A stretch of 63,941 bases of DNA, filler included, from Octopus bimaculoides (GCF_001194135.2; 7 parts of 7 records of this genome joined end to end with filler, not necessarily neighbours in it), one strand, 5' to 3'. Shown: positions 1 to 12,851, numbered from the whole stretch's first letter. The notes: a model not told the origin generated them from the sequence alone. Translations and numbers: made by a program.

Positions 1-22
1 ATGTGTGTGCGAGTGTGTATAC

Positions 23-197
23 GTGTATATATATGCATATCAGGGTACAGGACGTTAGAACAATGAACTACAGACAACGGAACGCATAGGAACGGAAAGC
101 CACTTGGAATATCCCTTCATCAGCTGTCTCTATTCTGAAGTTCATTCTGTAGTTCATTGTTCTAACGTCCTGTACCCTGATATGCATATATATACAC
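23..197. mobile_element. Short fold-back element with 52-bp perfect terminal inverted repeats (MITE-like or PLE-derived)
   Basis: 23-74 (GTGTATATATATGCATATCAGGGTACAGGACGTTAGAACAATGAACTACAGA) is the exact reverse complement of 146-197. The spacer carries CTGATGAAGG on the minus strand. Confidence 0.75.
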
Positions 198-302
198 ATG
201 TAGATGTAAGTATGTACATATATGTGTGTATACATGTATATATATTCTTTGTATTATTACATTATTGAACGCACACGTCCTTTTTTGCAAGTAAGTCTAC
301 AT

Positions 303-338
<36 letters not shown>

Positions 339-838
339 TATATATATATGTGAGAGAGAGAGAGAGAGAGAGAGAGAATAGATACCTGTTGGCTTACATC
401 GTGTATTTATATGGAATGCGGTTTAGTTATGATGGTCCCGAAACAGCAGTCGGCGCAATTCGTTTTGCTTTCTTGATTCTGTAATCTGTACCAGAATGTT
501 GTGAATTCCATGAAAAATACACGACGTAAGCCCAACAACGTTTATCTGTTTGAGAACAATCCTTATTAACTCCATAAGGGTTGTTCGTATAGCTAGCTTT
601 CGATACCGAGGCACTGGCCCTGGATAGAGAGGTTGGGGTTCAAGTTCTCATCCATTGGTGCACGTTTGCCTGCACAGCCGTCTTAGCAGCTTAATAGGCC
701 CCTGAGCAAATCAATGCACTGGGGCCTCATAGTATTTTTTATTGACAGCAAACCACAATATACATAGATCAGAATTGGACCCCTAAACCTGTGAGGTCTC
801 TGCACTGCAAAGAACACATCGCTTTAGACGGCCTAAAC

Positions 839-1446
839 TGTTGTCTGTACCATGTTTACTGTACGTATAACGAAGATGAAATTGAAACTGAACTGGTAAG
901 CGACAATTTATTCTTCGTTATAAAATACAATGATTGCCATACATTAATTAACATAACAGCAGGTTACAACAAACATGTGTGAGAGAACTTCGTGGCTAGG
1001 CTGGACTGTTGATCTTGAGAACTCAGTTGACGTACTGCTTGGTGGTGTGTAGAGGCAGCCGTTGGTCTGTTGGTCGTATGGTCTTCATTCAGCAACGATG
1101 TAAGCAGGTGTCTGGTGGAGAAGACACCTGCGGAAAATGGCTGGTGACAGATACAATGTTGCCGGAGACGAGTTGTGTGTGGTCAGTGGCGTGTGCCAAA
1201 GACCTAGAGCAGTCGAGAACTGCCGTTCTTATAGAGAATAGTAGGTTCCCAGGAGCTGGTGATTAATATCCCGCGTAAGGAAAAATGAACTGTTGCGCCA
1301 ACACGACTGGACAGTTGGAAGCCGACCAATACAAACAACAGGTTCGTTTAATTACGAGGTCATGTGACCAGCTGGAACGAAAAGGCTTGTGGAGCCGATA
1401 TTGGGGTATTTAAGCCTAGGTGAGTCAAAACGAAAACGTAACGACA
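839..1446 (-). mobile_element. Possible solo LTR
   Basis: Complex, relatively GC-rich block bounded by TGTTGT...ACGACA, with AATAAA on the minus strand near 905. No matching TSD was found. Confidence 0.3.
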
Positions 1447-3625
1447 TTTCAGCTACATACATTTCAGTAAATCAGTATGTGTGTGTGGGATCTTTCTGAT
1501 TTGGCGGACGCCACTTGTTTTCTTAACGGTGTGTGTGTGTGTCTTTGTGTCTGTCTTTGCCCCGCTCCTCACTCCCGCCATCATCGCTTGACAACCGGTG
1601 TTGGTGTGTTTGCAGCCTCGTAACTTAACGAGACCGATAGAATAAATATTAAGCTTTACAAAAAATAAAAATAAATAAAAATAATAAGTTCTGGGTTTGA
1701 TTTTTTCGACTAAGACCCTTCAAGGCGATGCTCCAGCATGGCCGCAGTCAAATGACTGGAACAAGTAAAAGAATAAAAGAATACACAAAATCGTTAAAAT
1801 ATTTTGTGTATTGTAGAAGTATAAACAATTTTATTGCAAATTTTGTTTTGACAACAAAATCTTATATGCCCCCTCCTCCCCCAGAAGGGTCATACGAACC
1901 CCAAAGGGTCATATGGACCCTGGTTGAGAACCACCGATTTACAACCTCGACACAAAACTTACTACCGCCGCCGCCACCACCNNNNNNNNNNNNNNNNNNN
2001 NNNNNNNNNNNNNNNNNNNNNNNNNNNNNNNNNNNNNNNNNNNNNNNNNNNNNNNNNNNNNNNNNNNNNNNNNNNNNNNNNNNNNNNNNNNNNNNNNNNN
2101 NNNNNNNNNNNNNNNNNNNNNNNNNNNNNNNNNNNNNNNNNNNNNNNNNNNNNNNNNNNNNNNNNNNNNNNNNNNNNNNNNNNNNNNNNNNNNNNNNNNN
2201 NNNNNNNNNNNNNNNNNNNNNNNNNNNNNNNNNNNNNNNNNNNNNNNNNNNNNNNNNNNNNNNNNNNNNNNNNNNNNNNNNNNNNNNNNNNNNNNNNNNN
2301 NNNNNNNNNNNNNNNNNNNNNNNNNNNNNNNNNNNNNNNNNNNNNNNNNNNNNNNNNNNNNNNNNNNNNNNNNNNNNNNNNNNNNNNNNNNNNNNNNNNN
2401 NNNNNNNNNNNNNNNNNNNNNNNNNNNNNNNNNNNNNNNNNNNNNNNNNNNNNNNNNNNNNNNNNNNNNNNNNNNNNNNNNNNNNNNNNNNNNNNNNNNN
2501 NNNNNNNNNNNNNNNNNNNNNNNNNNNNNNNNNNNNNNNNNNNNNNNNNNNNNNNNNNNNNNNNNNNNCTCCTTCTTTCCTGAAACATGTTCACTTTACT
2601 CTTTACAACAACGAAATACAATAAAACAACAACAACAACTAATGATTCAGCAACAAACTATCTCAACACACACACACACACACACACACACACATTTTTC
2701 ATCTGATGGTAATCAAGGTCAGGTGTGTGTGTATATATGTATGTATGTGTGTATGTATGTATTTACAGGGTTGTTTGTTATGGCCGGTCAACGAGTGACC
2801 AATGGTCACTCTCTGACCGGCCATAAAAACCTAAATATATTATTGCTCTAATCTTTTAGAGTGTGCCTCTTTTTCAGATATGGGAACTACCGACGATACA
2901 TACATACATACATACATACATACATACATACAGATATGTAAAATTTAGCACATAAATGCATATGCATGCATCTAGACATAAAAACGCATCCATAAAACAA
3001 ACATACAAATCTGCGCATACACTAACACCAAATACTGCACACACACACACACATATGCACAAATACCTAGATGATGTTGATAAAAGTTCCAATGAAGGAG
3101 CCTTGAATCTATGTTAGAGTCCGGCTCTTTCTCTATGGACAAGAAATACAGAAATGAAACTGATTGATATACATACATACATACATACATACATACATAC
3201 ATACATACATACATACATACATACATACATACANNNNNNNNNNNNNNNNNNNNNNNNNNNNNNNNNNNNNNNNNNNNNNNNNNNNNNNNNNNNNNNNNNN
3301 NNNNNNNNNNNNNNNNNNNNNNNNNNNNNNNNNNNNNNNNNNNNNNNNNNNNNNNNNNNNNNNNNNNNNNNNNNNNNNNNNNNNNNNNNNNNNNNNNNNN
3401 NNNNNNNNNNNNNNNNNNNNNNNNNNNNNNNNNNNNNNNNNNNNNNNNNNNNNNNNNNNNNNNNNNNNNNNNNNNNNNNNNNNNNNNNNNNNNNNNNNNN
3501 NNNNNNNNNNNNNNNNNNNNNNNNNNNNNNNNNNNNNNNNNNNNNNNNNNNNNNNNNNNNNNNNNNNNNNNNNNNNNNNNNNNNNNNNNNNNNNNNNNNN
3601 NNNNNNNNNNNNNNNNNNNNNNNNN

Positions 3626-6345
3626 CTACAATGATAAAATGTAAGGAGAAAAATGAGTTTACACCTCACCAACTCTACCTTACACAAAAATGAATGAAAC
3701 TTTATGACACCTCTTCACACCAAGCTCTTGAGGGAAAGATAATCACTTTAAAACATGAACTCAAGACAGTGAGCGAGAAACTCCGCTATCGTATGCGAAA
3801 TTTTGAGCGAGCCAGTATTAATTATAGTATAGGCATTACAAAGGGAATATTCCAGGGAGATAGTCTTTCTGTATCTCTTTTCATTTTGGCACTGAATCTA
3901 TTATCGTTCCTAATGCAGAAAACAAATGGTTACACGCTAGGATCTTCATCTGCTAGAAATATCAATGTAACTCAAAATTTCTTTGTAGACGACCTTTGTG
4001 TGTGTAATATATATCGCAAGTTTGATTCCAATCCACAAACATTATACAGAGAGATGAGGAAGGAAAACATTACTATTATAAAAGTTCCCTCCCAAGAAGA
4101 TCTACAATCATTCTGGTCAAAAGTTTGATAATAAAAGAAGGATTTCAACATGAATGCATCATGGTTAAATACAACTGAGAGAGAATACTGTACCAACACT
4201 AACAGTAAAACATACAAAATTGATGCAGAAACCTTCGCTATAGCAGTAGGCAAACTGCAGAATGGGAAGGCACCTAGAAGGGACCTAATAGTTGGATATT
4301 GGTACAAGAAGCTGACATTTTATAGAAACCAATTGATACGTATGTTCAAAAGGACTATGGAAGGTCAGACTGATACACCAAATTGGCTTGCTACAACAAG
4401 GACAAATCTTGTTGCCAAAAATGAAATCACCGAGATAGCAGGAAACTATAGGCCCAATGCTTGCCTAAACATTGTGTACAAACTGTACACAAGTTGCCTC
4501 AACCAATTCCTCCAGGACCAGTGTGAGCCGAACAACATTGTGACTGATGAACAGGCTGGTGGAAAGAAGGGAGTGTGGGGGTGTGCCGAACAACTTTTAA
4601 TAAACAAAGCTGTACTGTCTGAAGTAAGAAATCAACGCAGAAACCTTGTGACGGTATGGCTTGGGTATAAGAAGGCATTCGACTCGATCCCTCGTTCCTG
4701 GCTGTTGAAGTGTCTACATCTGGCAAAGGTACCTACTACCTTAATTGTCTCTATAGAGAGACTCCCAAAGACATGGACAACTATTCTTAGCCTTACAACT
4801 GAGAACAGAATAATTGTTTCTTATAGTATAGGCATTACAAAGGGAATATTCCAGGGAGATAGTCTTTCTGTATCTCTTTTCATTTTGGCACTGAATCTAT
4901 TATCGTTCCTAATGCAGAAAACAAATGGTTACACGCTAGGATCTTCATCTACTAGAAATATCAATGTAACTCAAAATTTCTTTGTAGACGACCTGAAGAT
5001 TTATGCTAAACGTGTTGACAATGCCAAAAACCAACTGGAATTAATAACAACATTTTCAGCTGATATAGGCATGGAATTTGACCAAAAAAAATGTTCATGC
5101 TTGGCTATAGAACGAGGAAAGTCAGTCCCCCAAAACCTATGCATCAACGGACTCTCTATCTCCCCCATTCCATATAAAGAACGTTACAAGTACCTAGGCA
5201 TAGACGAAAATGTATCATATGAAGGCACTGTGAGTAAAGATAGAGTGACCCGAGAATATTACAACAAAACAATATCTCACAATGCAATTTCAGTACCAGT
5301 GCTGATCCCAATATTTGGGATACTTGGTTGGTCTGTAGAGGAAATCTACCCCATAGATATCAAAATCAGCAAAATCCTGACAACAACTGGGAACTTTCAC
5401 AAAAACAATGATGTTGACAGGCTCTACCTAAGAAGAAATGAAGGTGGTAGAGGCCTGAGATCAATGCAGACGGCCTTCGAATGTTGTACGGTATCATTCA
5501 GGCAGCGACTTTTAAACAACAGCAGCAAAAACAAATATATTAGTGCAGTCCTGAAAAGTGAAGTGAGCAACATTGTACGAGTTGGCAGTGAACTCCTCAA
5601 GAAACTGTCACTCCCTGATGATCTCCTACACAGCCCCAAAATAGCTGGGCTCTCTTACTTCAGAGAAGACCTGGATGGAAAGCACACATCATACATAAAA
5701 AAACCATGCATGGGTATGTTGCCCGGAAGCTTAAGGAAAACAGTAGAATTGACACGAAGCGCAGCCTCTCTTGGACACAAGACCTCTACATCAAATCACA
5801 CTTTGAAGGCTATGCGTTTGCAATCCAGGAACAGGAGATTGCCACAAAGTACCTGGTGAACAAGAGAGACAGTGACGCTCTTATAATCCCAAGGTGCAAC
5901 TGCATGTGTAGGCTATGTCATGCTTCTGTGGAAGACACTACGCAAGTGATTAGCAGCTGTCCTAAAATGTCGTCACGGTACTACCTCTCTATGCAGCACG
6001 ATGTTGTTGCTAAAGTAATTTACAATGCCATCCGCAAAAAATACTGTCCTAAAATAAACTTCTGTAATGGAATACATTCATAAACATCAACTCAAGGAAT
6101 ATTGGGGGAATATTCCCATCAAAACTTCTATCAAATGTAAACATAACAGGCCGAATATTGTTGTTTGGGATAGAGGGGCAAAGGTATGTACCATCATAGA
6201 TGTCGGCTGTCCTGCAGATATAAATATCTCTTTGAAAATCAAAGTAAAAGAGGATATCTATGGACAACTGCTTCGAAACCTCCAGCTTCTATATCCAGAC
6301 TATGAATTCATATTCATACCAATAATTATTGGAGCACTATATTCC
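3626..6345 (+). mobile_element. R4/Dong-clade non-LTR retrotransposon (RT, CCHC knuckle and restriction-like endonuclease), degenerate
   Basis: ORF 4150-5859 has RT motifs (GKAPRRD, YRP-ACLN, YKKAFDSIP, GIFQGDSLS, FVDDLKIY, YKYLG, RLYLRRNEGGRGL). It is followed by CRLC...QVISSC...HDVVAKVI and RPNIVVWD...IDVGCP. There are frameshifts, and the 3' end is cut by a mariner. Confidence 0.92.
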
Positions 6346-7097
6346 ATTATAGACCCTTTTACGTCCCACAAAGCGATTAGCATCATTTTTTTCTATGGAA
6401 GGTTGTCTTGAATTTCTTCTTGAGTTTCTTTTTCGCTGGTGACTCCGGGTGTCTCCAGTCTATACTCTACCTTTTGGATTCTGGCTCAATGGGATAGATC
6501 CAGGTCTCCTCTCTTGCAACTTTTCTCTCCAAAAAAGCTTCGCCTACATCGCCGTAGCGGTCGAGTAAGCGTTGACAGATCTCCACACGATTGCGCTTAT
6601 ACGCGTCAGGGAGCTCTCTCGGCACCCATCACGCACAAACCTTATGATAGCGAAGCTTGTTGTTGATGACTTCGTATTCAGAACCATGACTACTTTGCAG
6701 AGAACATACCACCTCGTCAATGGTCACTCGTCGGTTCACCAAAAGGGTATCCTGCCCCCTCTTCGTGATTCACACTTGTCTGGCCATTCTTAAACTTCTC
6801 GATCCACTCATACACACCCCTAACGGTACCGCGCTGTCCATGTATTGTACCAAAAGCCTGAGATGAATTTTAGCCCCTGACACACCTTCAAACCAGAGAA
6901 AGCGGATCACTGATCTCTGTTCTATCTTGGTGCACACTGCCAGAGGAGTGGCCATGTTTACTCTGTATCACAAGAAGAAAAAAACTGCAGCGATCAAGCT
7001 CAAACCTCGATTATGTAACCCTAAGTGCGCGAGCGCTGGAAGCAGTGTGACTTACCTAAACAAAGTTTTGGATAATTTTTGAATTCCCTTAGTGTGT
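6345..7097 (-). mobile_element. Mariner transposon, 5' portion of transposase (degenerate)
   Basis: Minus strand reads MATPLAVCTKIEQRSVIRFLW (HTH), then NRRVTIDEV...KVCA*WVPREL...EETWIY...PESKR*SIDWRHPESP. A TIR-like AAGGGAATTCAAAAATTATCC lies near 7070-7093. Confidence 0.88.
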
Positions 7098-7713
7098 ATG
7101 TGTGTGTGTGAGTATATGTGTGTGTGTGTGTGTGCGTGTGTCTGCACGTGTGTGTGTGTAATATATATATAAACGTAAACATATTTATGATTATACACAT
7201 ATCGCACACACATACACACTTGCATACGTACATACCACACGTATATATTTGTACAAATACACTTATGTATATAGACAGAAGACAGGTAGATTTTTTCATT
7301 TCGTTTTAAATGTATGACTGCTATGCTATGTTACTTTTTAAATCTTTTGTGTCACAAAATTCTTGTTCTAAGAAATCATTAGTAGAACTTAAATAAAATT
7401 CTCCGAGGATTCCGAACTTGCTTTAACCCTTTAGCATTGAAACCAGTCATATTCGACCGAAATATTCCATATGTTTTATGTTCAAACTGGCTAGATCCGG
7501 CCTCTCACACGTACTCTACAATGTCTTTCTAAAAATAAACAATCACATCATCGAAATCTCAAATCCACTAGATAATGCATGATTAATTCAAAACATCGTG
7601 AATAAATAAGCATTACATTTGATAGAGTAATCTGAATACTATAAAAGGCTAAATTAAATTATTGAACGCTGTTTTGGCATTCCAGACCACTCAGTGAGGC
7701 TTCTTGAAATAAT

Positions 7714-7926
7714 GGTTTCAAATTTTGGCACAAGGCCAGCAACTTTGGGAGAGGCGATAAATTGATTAGTTCGATCCCAGTGCTCAACTGGCACTTATTT
7801 TATCGACCCCGAAAGAAAGAAAGGCAGAGTCGATTTTGGCGAAATTTAAACTCAAAACGTAAAGATAGACGAAACGCTACTGAACATTTTACCCAGCGTG
7901 CTAACGATTCTGTCAGCTCGGCCTTA
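7714..7926 (-). mobile_element. tRNA-derived SINE family A with 18-bp target-site duplication
   Basis: Head and core match the other family-A copies (CCTTTC-TTCGGGGTCGATAAAATAAGT). Flanked by GAGGCTTCTTGAAATAAT (7696-7713) and GAGGCTTTTTGAAATAAT (7927-7944). Confidence 0.85.
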
Positions 7927-8260
7927 GAGGCTTTTTGAAATAATACACCTAATGTATAAACGAAAGGACGTAACACACGGTGGGGATGGATACCACTTTT
8001 TCCTTACAAAGAATTTCCGTCTCTTGGATATTCAACAAATCTGAATTATACCCTACCCACATACGTCATCATGAACTCAAACATATATATATATATATGT
8101 TCCCGATCACCGTTTGTTATCTCCCCCTTTCTTAGCTCTCCTGAAATAAGAATTTCTAACTTCCGGTCAGTCATTGTTATGATCGGCCATTATTATGATT
8201 GACCGTTGACTGAACACTATTCAATTTTTTTTCTCCGTGTTTTTCTCCTTGTCTCCGTAT

Positions 8261-8297
8261 TCTTTCTGTTGAAGAGCGTAGCTCGAAACGTCAAAGA
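8261..8297 (+). ncRNA. Minimal type-I hammerhead ribozyme motif, variant core CUGUUGA
   Basis: Stem I UCUUU/AAAGA, core CUGUUGA, extra A, stem II GAGC-gua-GCUC, GAAA, palindromic ACGU stem III, GUC cleavage triplet. Confidence 0.6.
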
Positions 8298-9204
8298 CTT
8301 TCCGTATTCCCGAGCGTCATACTAATATATNNNNNNNNNNNNNNNNNNNNNNNNNNNNNNNNNNNNNNNNNNNNNNNNNNNNNNNNNNNNNNNNNNNNNN
8401 NNNNNNNNNNNNNNNNNNNNNNNNNNNNNNNNNNNNNNNNNNNNNNNNNNNNNNNNNNNNNNNNNNNNNNNNNNNNNNNNNNNNNNNNNNNNNNNNNNNN
8501 NNNNNNNNNNNNNNNNNNNNNNNNNNNNNNNNNNNNNNNNNNNNNNNNNNNNNNNNNNNNNNNNNNNNNNNNNNNNNNNNNNNNNNNNNNNNNNNNNNNN
8601 NNNNNNNNNNNNNNNNNNNNNNNNNNNNNNNNNNNNNNNNNNNNNNNNNNNNNNNNNNNNNNNNNNNNNNNNNNNNNNNNNNNNNNNNNNNNNNNNNNNN
8701 NNNNNNNNNNNNNNNNNNNNNNNNNNNNNNNNNNNNNNNNNNNNNNNNNNNNNNNNNNNNNNNNNNNNNNNNNNNNNNNNNNNNNNNNNNNNNNNNNNNN
8801 NNNNNNNNNNNNNNNNNNNNNNNNNNNNNNNNNNNNNNNNNNNNNNNNNNNNNNNNNNNNNNNNNNNNNNNNNNNNNNNNNNNNNNNNNNNNNNNNNNNN
8901 NNNNNNNNNNNNNNNNNNNNNNNNNNNNNNNNNNNNNNNNNNNNNNNNNNNNNNNNNNNNNNNNNNNNNNNNNNNNNNNNNNNNNNNNNNNNNNNNNNNN
9001 NNNNNNNNNTTGTGGGTTTCTTTTCTGCATTTTCTTTTTTACGTTTGATTTCTTCACTTCAAAACTGCGCCATTGCAAAAAGAAAACATTGAAAAAGCAA
9101 TTATTTGTTTTCTATTAAATCGCTTTCTTCAATCGATTCCTCACTCACTCACTCTTATTTTCTCTCTCTCTTTTAATCTATCTCTTTATCTATCTATCTA
9201 TCTC

Positions 9205-9239
<35 letters not shown>

Positions 9240-9292
9240 CTTTGGGGCTCTCTCTCCGTTTGTGCGTGTGTGTGTTTTCCTTGCCGGTCGGT

Positions 9293-9940
9293 AGGATGGT
9301 GGTCTTAGACGTAAGGAGCAACGAAATCAAAGGCGGGGAGCCTTTAGATTAGTGACAGACTATGCCCAAACAGGAACTGGACGGCCAGATTTCTTTAGAC
9401 GTCTAGAGACTTTCCTAGGGACATGTCTCTTATTAGTGTTAGTGGGCGACTGGAAGGGGCCTTAGACACAAGCAAAGATTATGTAGCAGTAGCAGATAGG
9501 AGAGTGAGGTGCAAAAGCCTCGCTAACTTGCTCAGGCATTTCCAACTGTATGACAGGTTTCGCCTTGATCCCCCAAATACACCACTGTAGACTTGGTCAA
9601 ATTGCAGTGGGTCATCCAGGTCATACTTAGATAGGGTTTTTATTAAGCTAGCAGACAGGCATAGTATAAGTTACCCACATTTTCAAATCGTTGGCTATTC
9701 AGAGCATAAATTCGGGACCTTTACAGTCAACTTAGGAAAAACGATTAGACTAGGACCTGGTTATTGGAAAATGAACACGTCCTTCCAGGCGTAGATAGAT
9801 TTTCGGGACCGGATTAATAAGTAGACTACTTAAACAGAAATTGGCGGGAGGTCTCCTTAAAAAGGAAAATCAGAGAGGCGCCAGTTAGTTTTAGTAAAGA
9901 GATTGCTTTAGAAAACAACAGAATAGAAAGTAAACTAGTC
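9293..9940 (+). mobile_element. L1/Tx1-clade LINE AP-endonuclease fragment (pseudogenised)
   Basis: Translates with stops as FFRRLETFL...LVLVGDW...LYDRFRL...*TWSNCSGSSRSYLDRVFI...YSEHK...GPGYWKMNTS, the canonical APE motifs. Confidence 0.8.
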
Positions 9941-10926
9941 TAAGTTTCATGCTCTAATACTACAATAGTCGGACGAGTCGTGTACTATCGTGCAATCATT
10001 CAGGCTCAAAATAGAACATGATTACTTTCTCAGAAAAAGCGAAAAAGAACGAGCAAGAATGAGAGAGTAAGTAAATGAAACAACGAGAGAGAAGTAAATG
10101 AAAAGAGGAAACGAAAAAGGGGGAAGGGAGATAGGAATCGTTTCCCTTTGGTTCGTTAGAGTGGTTGGCCTAGTTAATTCGTCGGAGACAGGCTAAAGCT
10201 AGTGAGACTATACCCAATCCAGAGAGGGCGATGTTCGATAATAGAAACTCGTCGAAATGTTTGCATTTAGNNNNNNNNNNTAAGATTGCGGTGGAAGTTG
10301 TAACATCGCCCGTGGTATTTGAATTTAGTATCTGCTGCAAACCGTATAGCTGTAAACCTTCAGATTTCTACATTATAACTGTATGCATATCTTATGACTT
10401 AATTAATGATAACGAGGAATATTCTATTCACTCAATACCTTATTTACCGTGGCAAACTGTATTTACATACGGCTAGCCTCTAAGATATTTAATAGAGTTC
10501 AGTGGCTTACTAGAAATTCTCTTACTCAAGTTTTAATCTATTATTTCACTTTCAGCATTCATTATGTCTTATCGCTTAATCCATAGACGGGCCAGGAAGA
10601 GCCATTATATAAGGGCTGCGCTTAGGGCGTTAGTTGGCCTTAATCCGGTCTTGTGTGAGACTGATTAGTTTAAATGCATAACAGGGTTGTGTAGGAGCAG
10701 ACAATAGCTTTTGATGCGCATGTCAGGAGAGGAACGATCATAGAAATGAGAGAGCGAGACAAAGAGGAAGAGAGAGAGGGAAATGGAGACAAATTGCAAA
10801 ATTGTACCAATAGATAATACTTTTCAAAATATTATGTATTTAAAACTAAACAGCAGTGAGCTAATATCAAGTAAATTATTATATTTACTTATAACAATTG
10901 CAACAGAAAAAATACGAACTTTAAAC

Positions 10927-10928
<2 letters not shown>

Positions 10929-11013
<85 letters not shown>
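10929..11013. repeat. (GATA)n microsatellite
   Basis: Direct reading. Similar arrays occur at about 14107-14169, 28340-28400, 55105-55146 and 59930-60000. Confidence 0.95.
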
Positions 11014-11014
<1 letters not shown>

Positions 11015-11019
11015 AAATA

Positions 11020-11880
11020 CACGCAATGTGTCACGGTTGGGTGCATCCATTTATGTGCAATAAAACTATTTTGACTCACATATTCAACGCTATACAGGCT
11101 GTATGTTGTGACTGGTAACATCATCTTTGTTACATAAAGTTGATCTGTCTCACATATTCACGAAAATACAGTGTGCCATTGCTGGTCGCATCTCTCTCAC
11201 TTATCCCCCATAAGATAGAGTGTGTCATCACCAGCAAAAATGATCTCTTTTTCATATCCAGTACAATACAGGATGTTAACAGTACAATTGTACAGAAGGC
11301 AGCAAGCTGGCAGAATGGTTAGCACACCAGGAAAATGCTTCGTGGGATTTCGTCCGTCTTTACGTTCTGAGTTCAAATTCTGCTGAGGTCGATTTTGCCT
11401 TTCATCCTTTCGGGGGTCAATAAAATAAGTACCACTTGAGTACCGGGGTCGATTAATCAACTTATTCCCGCCTCTGAAACTGTTGGCCTTGAGCCAAAAT
11501 TTGAAACCATCATTACGATTGTACAGTAAACTTGATGTGTCTCACATATCCATCACAGAAGAGACTTTGTGTCATGGATGGTTCTTCGTTGAAGAAGAAA
11601 ACTGATCTGACTCACTTGATATCCATTATAATACAGTGTGACATGGCGGGTGACATAACTACTGTAAACTAAAATTGATCTGTGTCACGTTTCCATTACA
11701 ATGCTGATATTGTATTTTATGTCTACTGACATCACCTTTGTTACGTGAAATTGGTCATTCTCACATATCCACCGTAACTCAAGCTGTGTGTCGTGGTTAG
11801 TTACATCACTGTTGCGTAATAAAACTGACCATTCTTACGTACCCGCTAGAATACAGAGAGTGTCATAACAAGTATAAGAG
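11020..11880 (+). repeat. Old degenerate minisatellite of about 75-80 bp, interrupted by a SINE
   Basis: Recurring unit resembling ACATCACTGTTACATAAAATTGATCTGTCTCACATATCCA...ATACAGTGTGTCATGG. Further units near 13160-13230 and 19040-19075. Confidence 0.6.
11285..11510 (+). mobile_element. SINE family A
   Basis: GGCAGCAAGCTGGCAGAATGGTTAGC head with B-box GAGTTCAAATTC, core GCCTTTCATCCTTTCGGGGGTCAATAAAATAAGTACC, tail CCAAAATTTGAAACC. Confidence 0.85.
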
Positions 11881-11938
11881 AATAAAGGTACAGACGAGCA
11901 AACTGGTATGAGGTCAAAGTATGATATTTGTATATTTA

Positions 11939-12115
11939 CCGTATTTTAACGTGTATAAGAAACCCTCGTGTATAAGGAACCCCCTAATTTTGAGGGCTTA
12001 AAATTTGGAATAAAGGTTTTGTACGGGATTATAATATTATTCATGTATAAGAAACTCATATTTTTAAACCTAATTTTTGACAAAAAAGGGGTTCCTTGTA
12101 CACGTTAAAATACGG
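11939..12115. mobile_element. Tc1/pogo-type MITE with TA target duplication
   Basis: TA|CCGTATTTTAACGTGTA...TACACGTTAAAATACGG|TA: a 17-bp perfect TIR that extends imperfectly. Confidence 0.88.
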
Positions 12116-12129
12116 TATATATTGGATTT

Positions 12130-12819
12130 AAATTTTGGCAAAAGCCTAGCAAGTTCAGGAGAAGGGTAAGTCGATTACATCAACCCCAGTTCTCGACTGG
12201 TACTTATTTTATCGACCCCAAAAGGATGAAAGGCAAAACTGACCTTGGTTGAATTATGAACTCAGAATGTAAAGACGGACGAAATTCTGCTAAGCATTTT
12301 GCCCAGCGTGGTAACGATTTTGTTAGCTCGCCGCTTTTTATATACATATATGTTTTTATATTGATTTCGAATTTTGGCAGGGGATAAGTTGATTGCATCG
12401 ACTCCAGTGTTCAACTGCTACTTATTTTATCGACCCCGAAAGGATGAAAGACAAAGTTGACCTTGGCTGAATTATGAACTCAGAACGTAAAGGGGGACGA
12501 AATGCCGCTAAGCATTTTGCGTNNNNNNNNNNNNNNNNNNNNNNNNNNNNNNNNNNNNNNNNNNNNNNNNNNNNNNNNNNNNNNNNNNNNNNNNNNNNNN
12601 NNNNNNNNNNNNNNNNNNNNNNNNNNNNNNNNNNNNNNNNNNNNNNNNNNNNNNNNNNNNNNNNNNNNNNNNNNNNNNNNNNNNNNNNNNNNNNNNNNNN
12701 NNNNNNNNNNNNNNNNNNNNNNNNNNNNNNNNNNNNNNNNNNNNNNNNNNNNNNNNNNNNNNNNNNNNNNNNNNNNNNNNNNNNNNNNNNNNNNNNNNNN
12801 NNNNNNNNNNNNNNNNNNN

Positions 12820-12851
<32 letters not shown>

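Noticed and set aside
423-614. 63-aa minus-strand ORF
   Set aside because: No recognisable motif or splice support.
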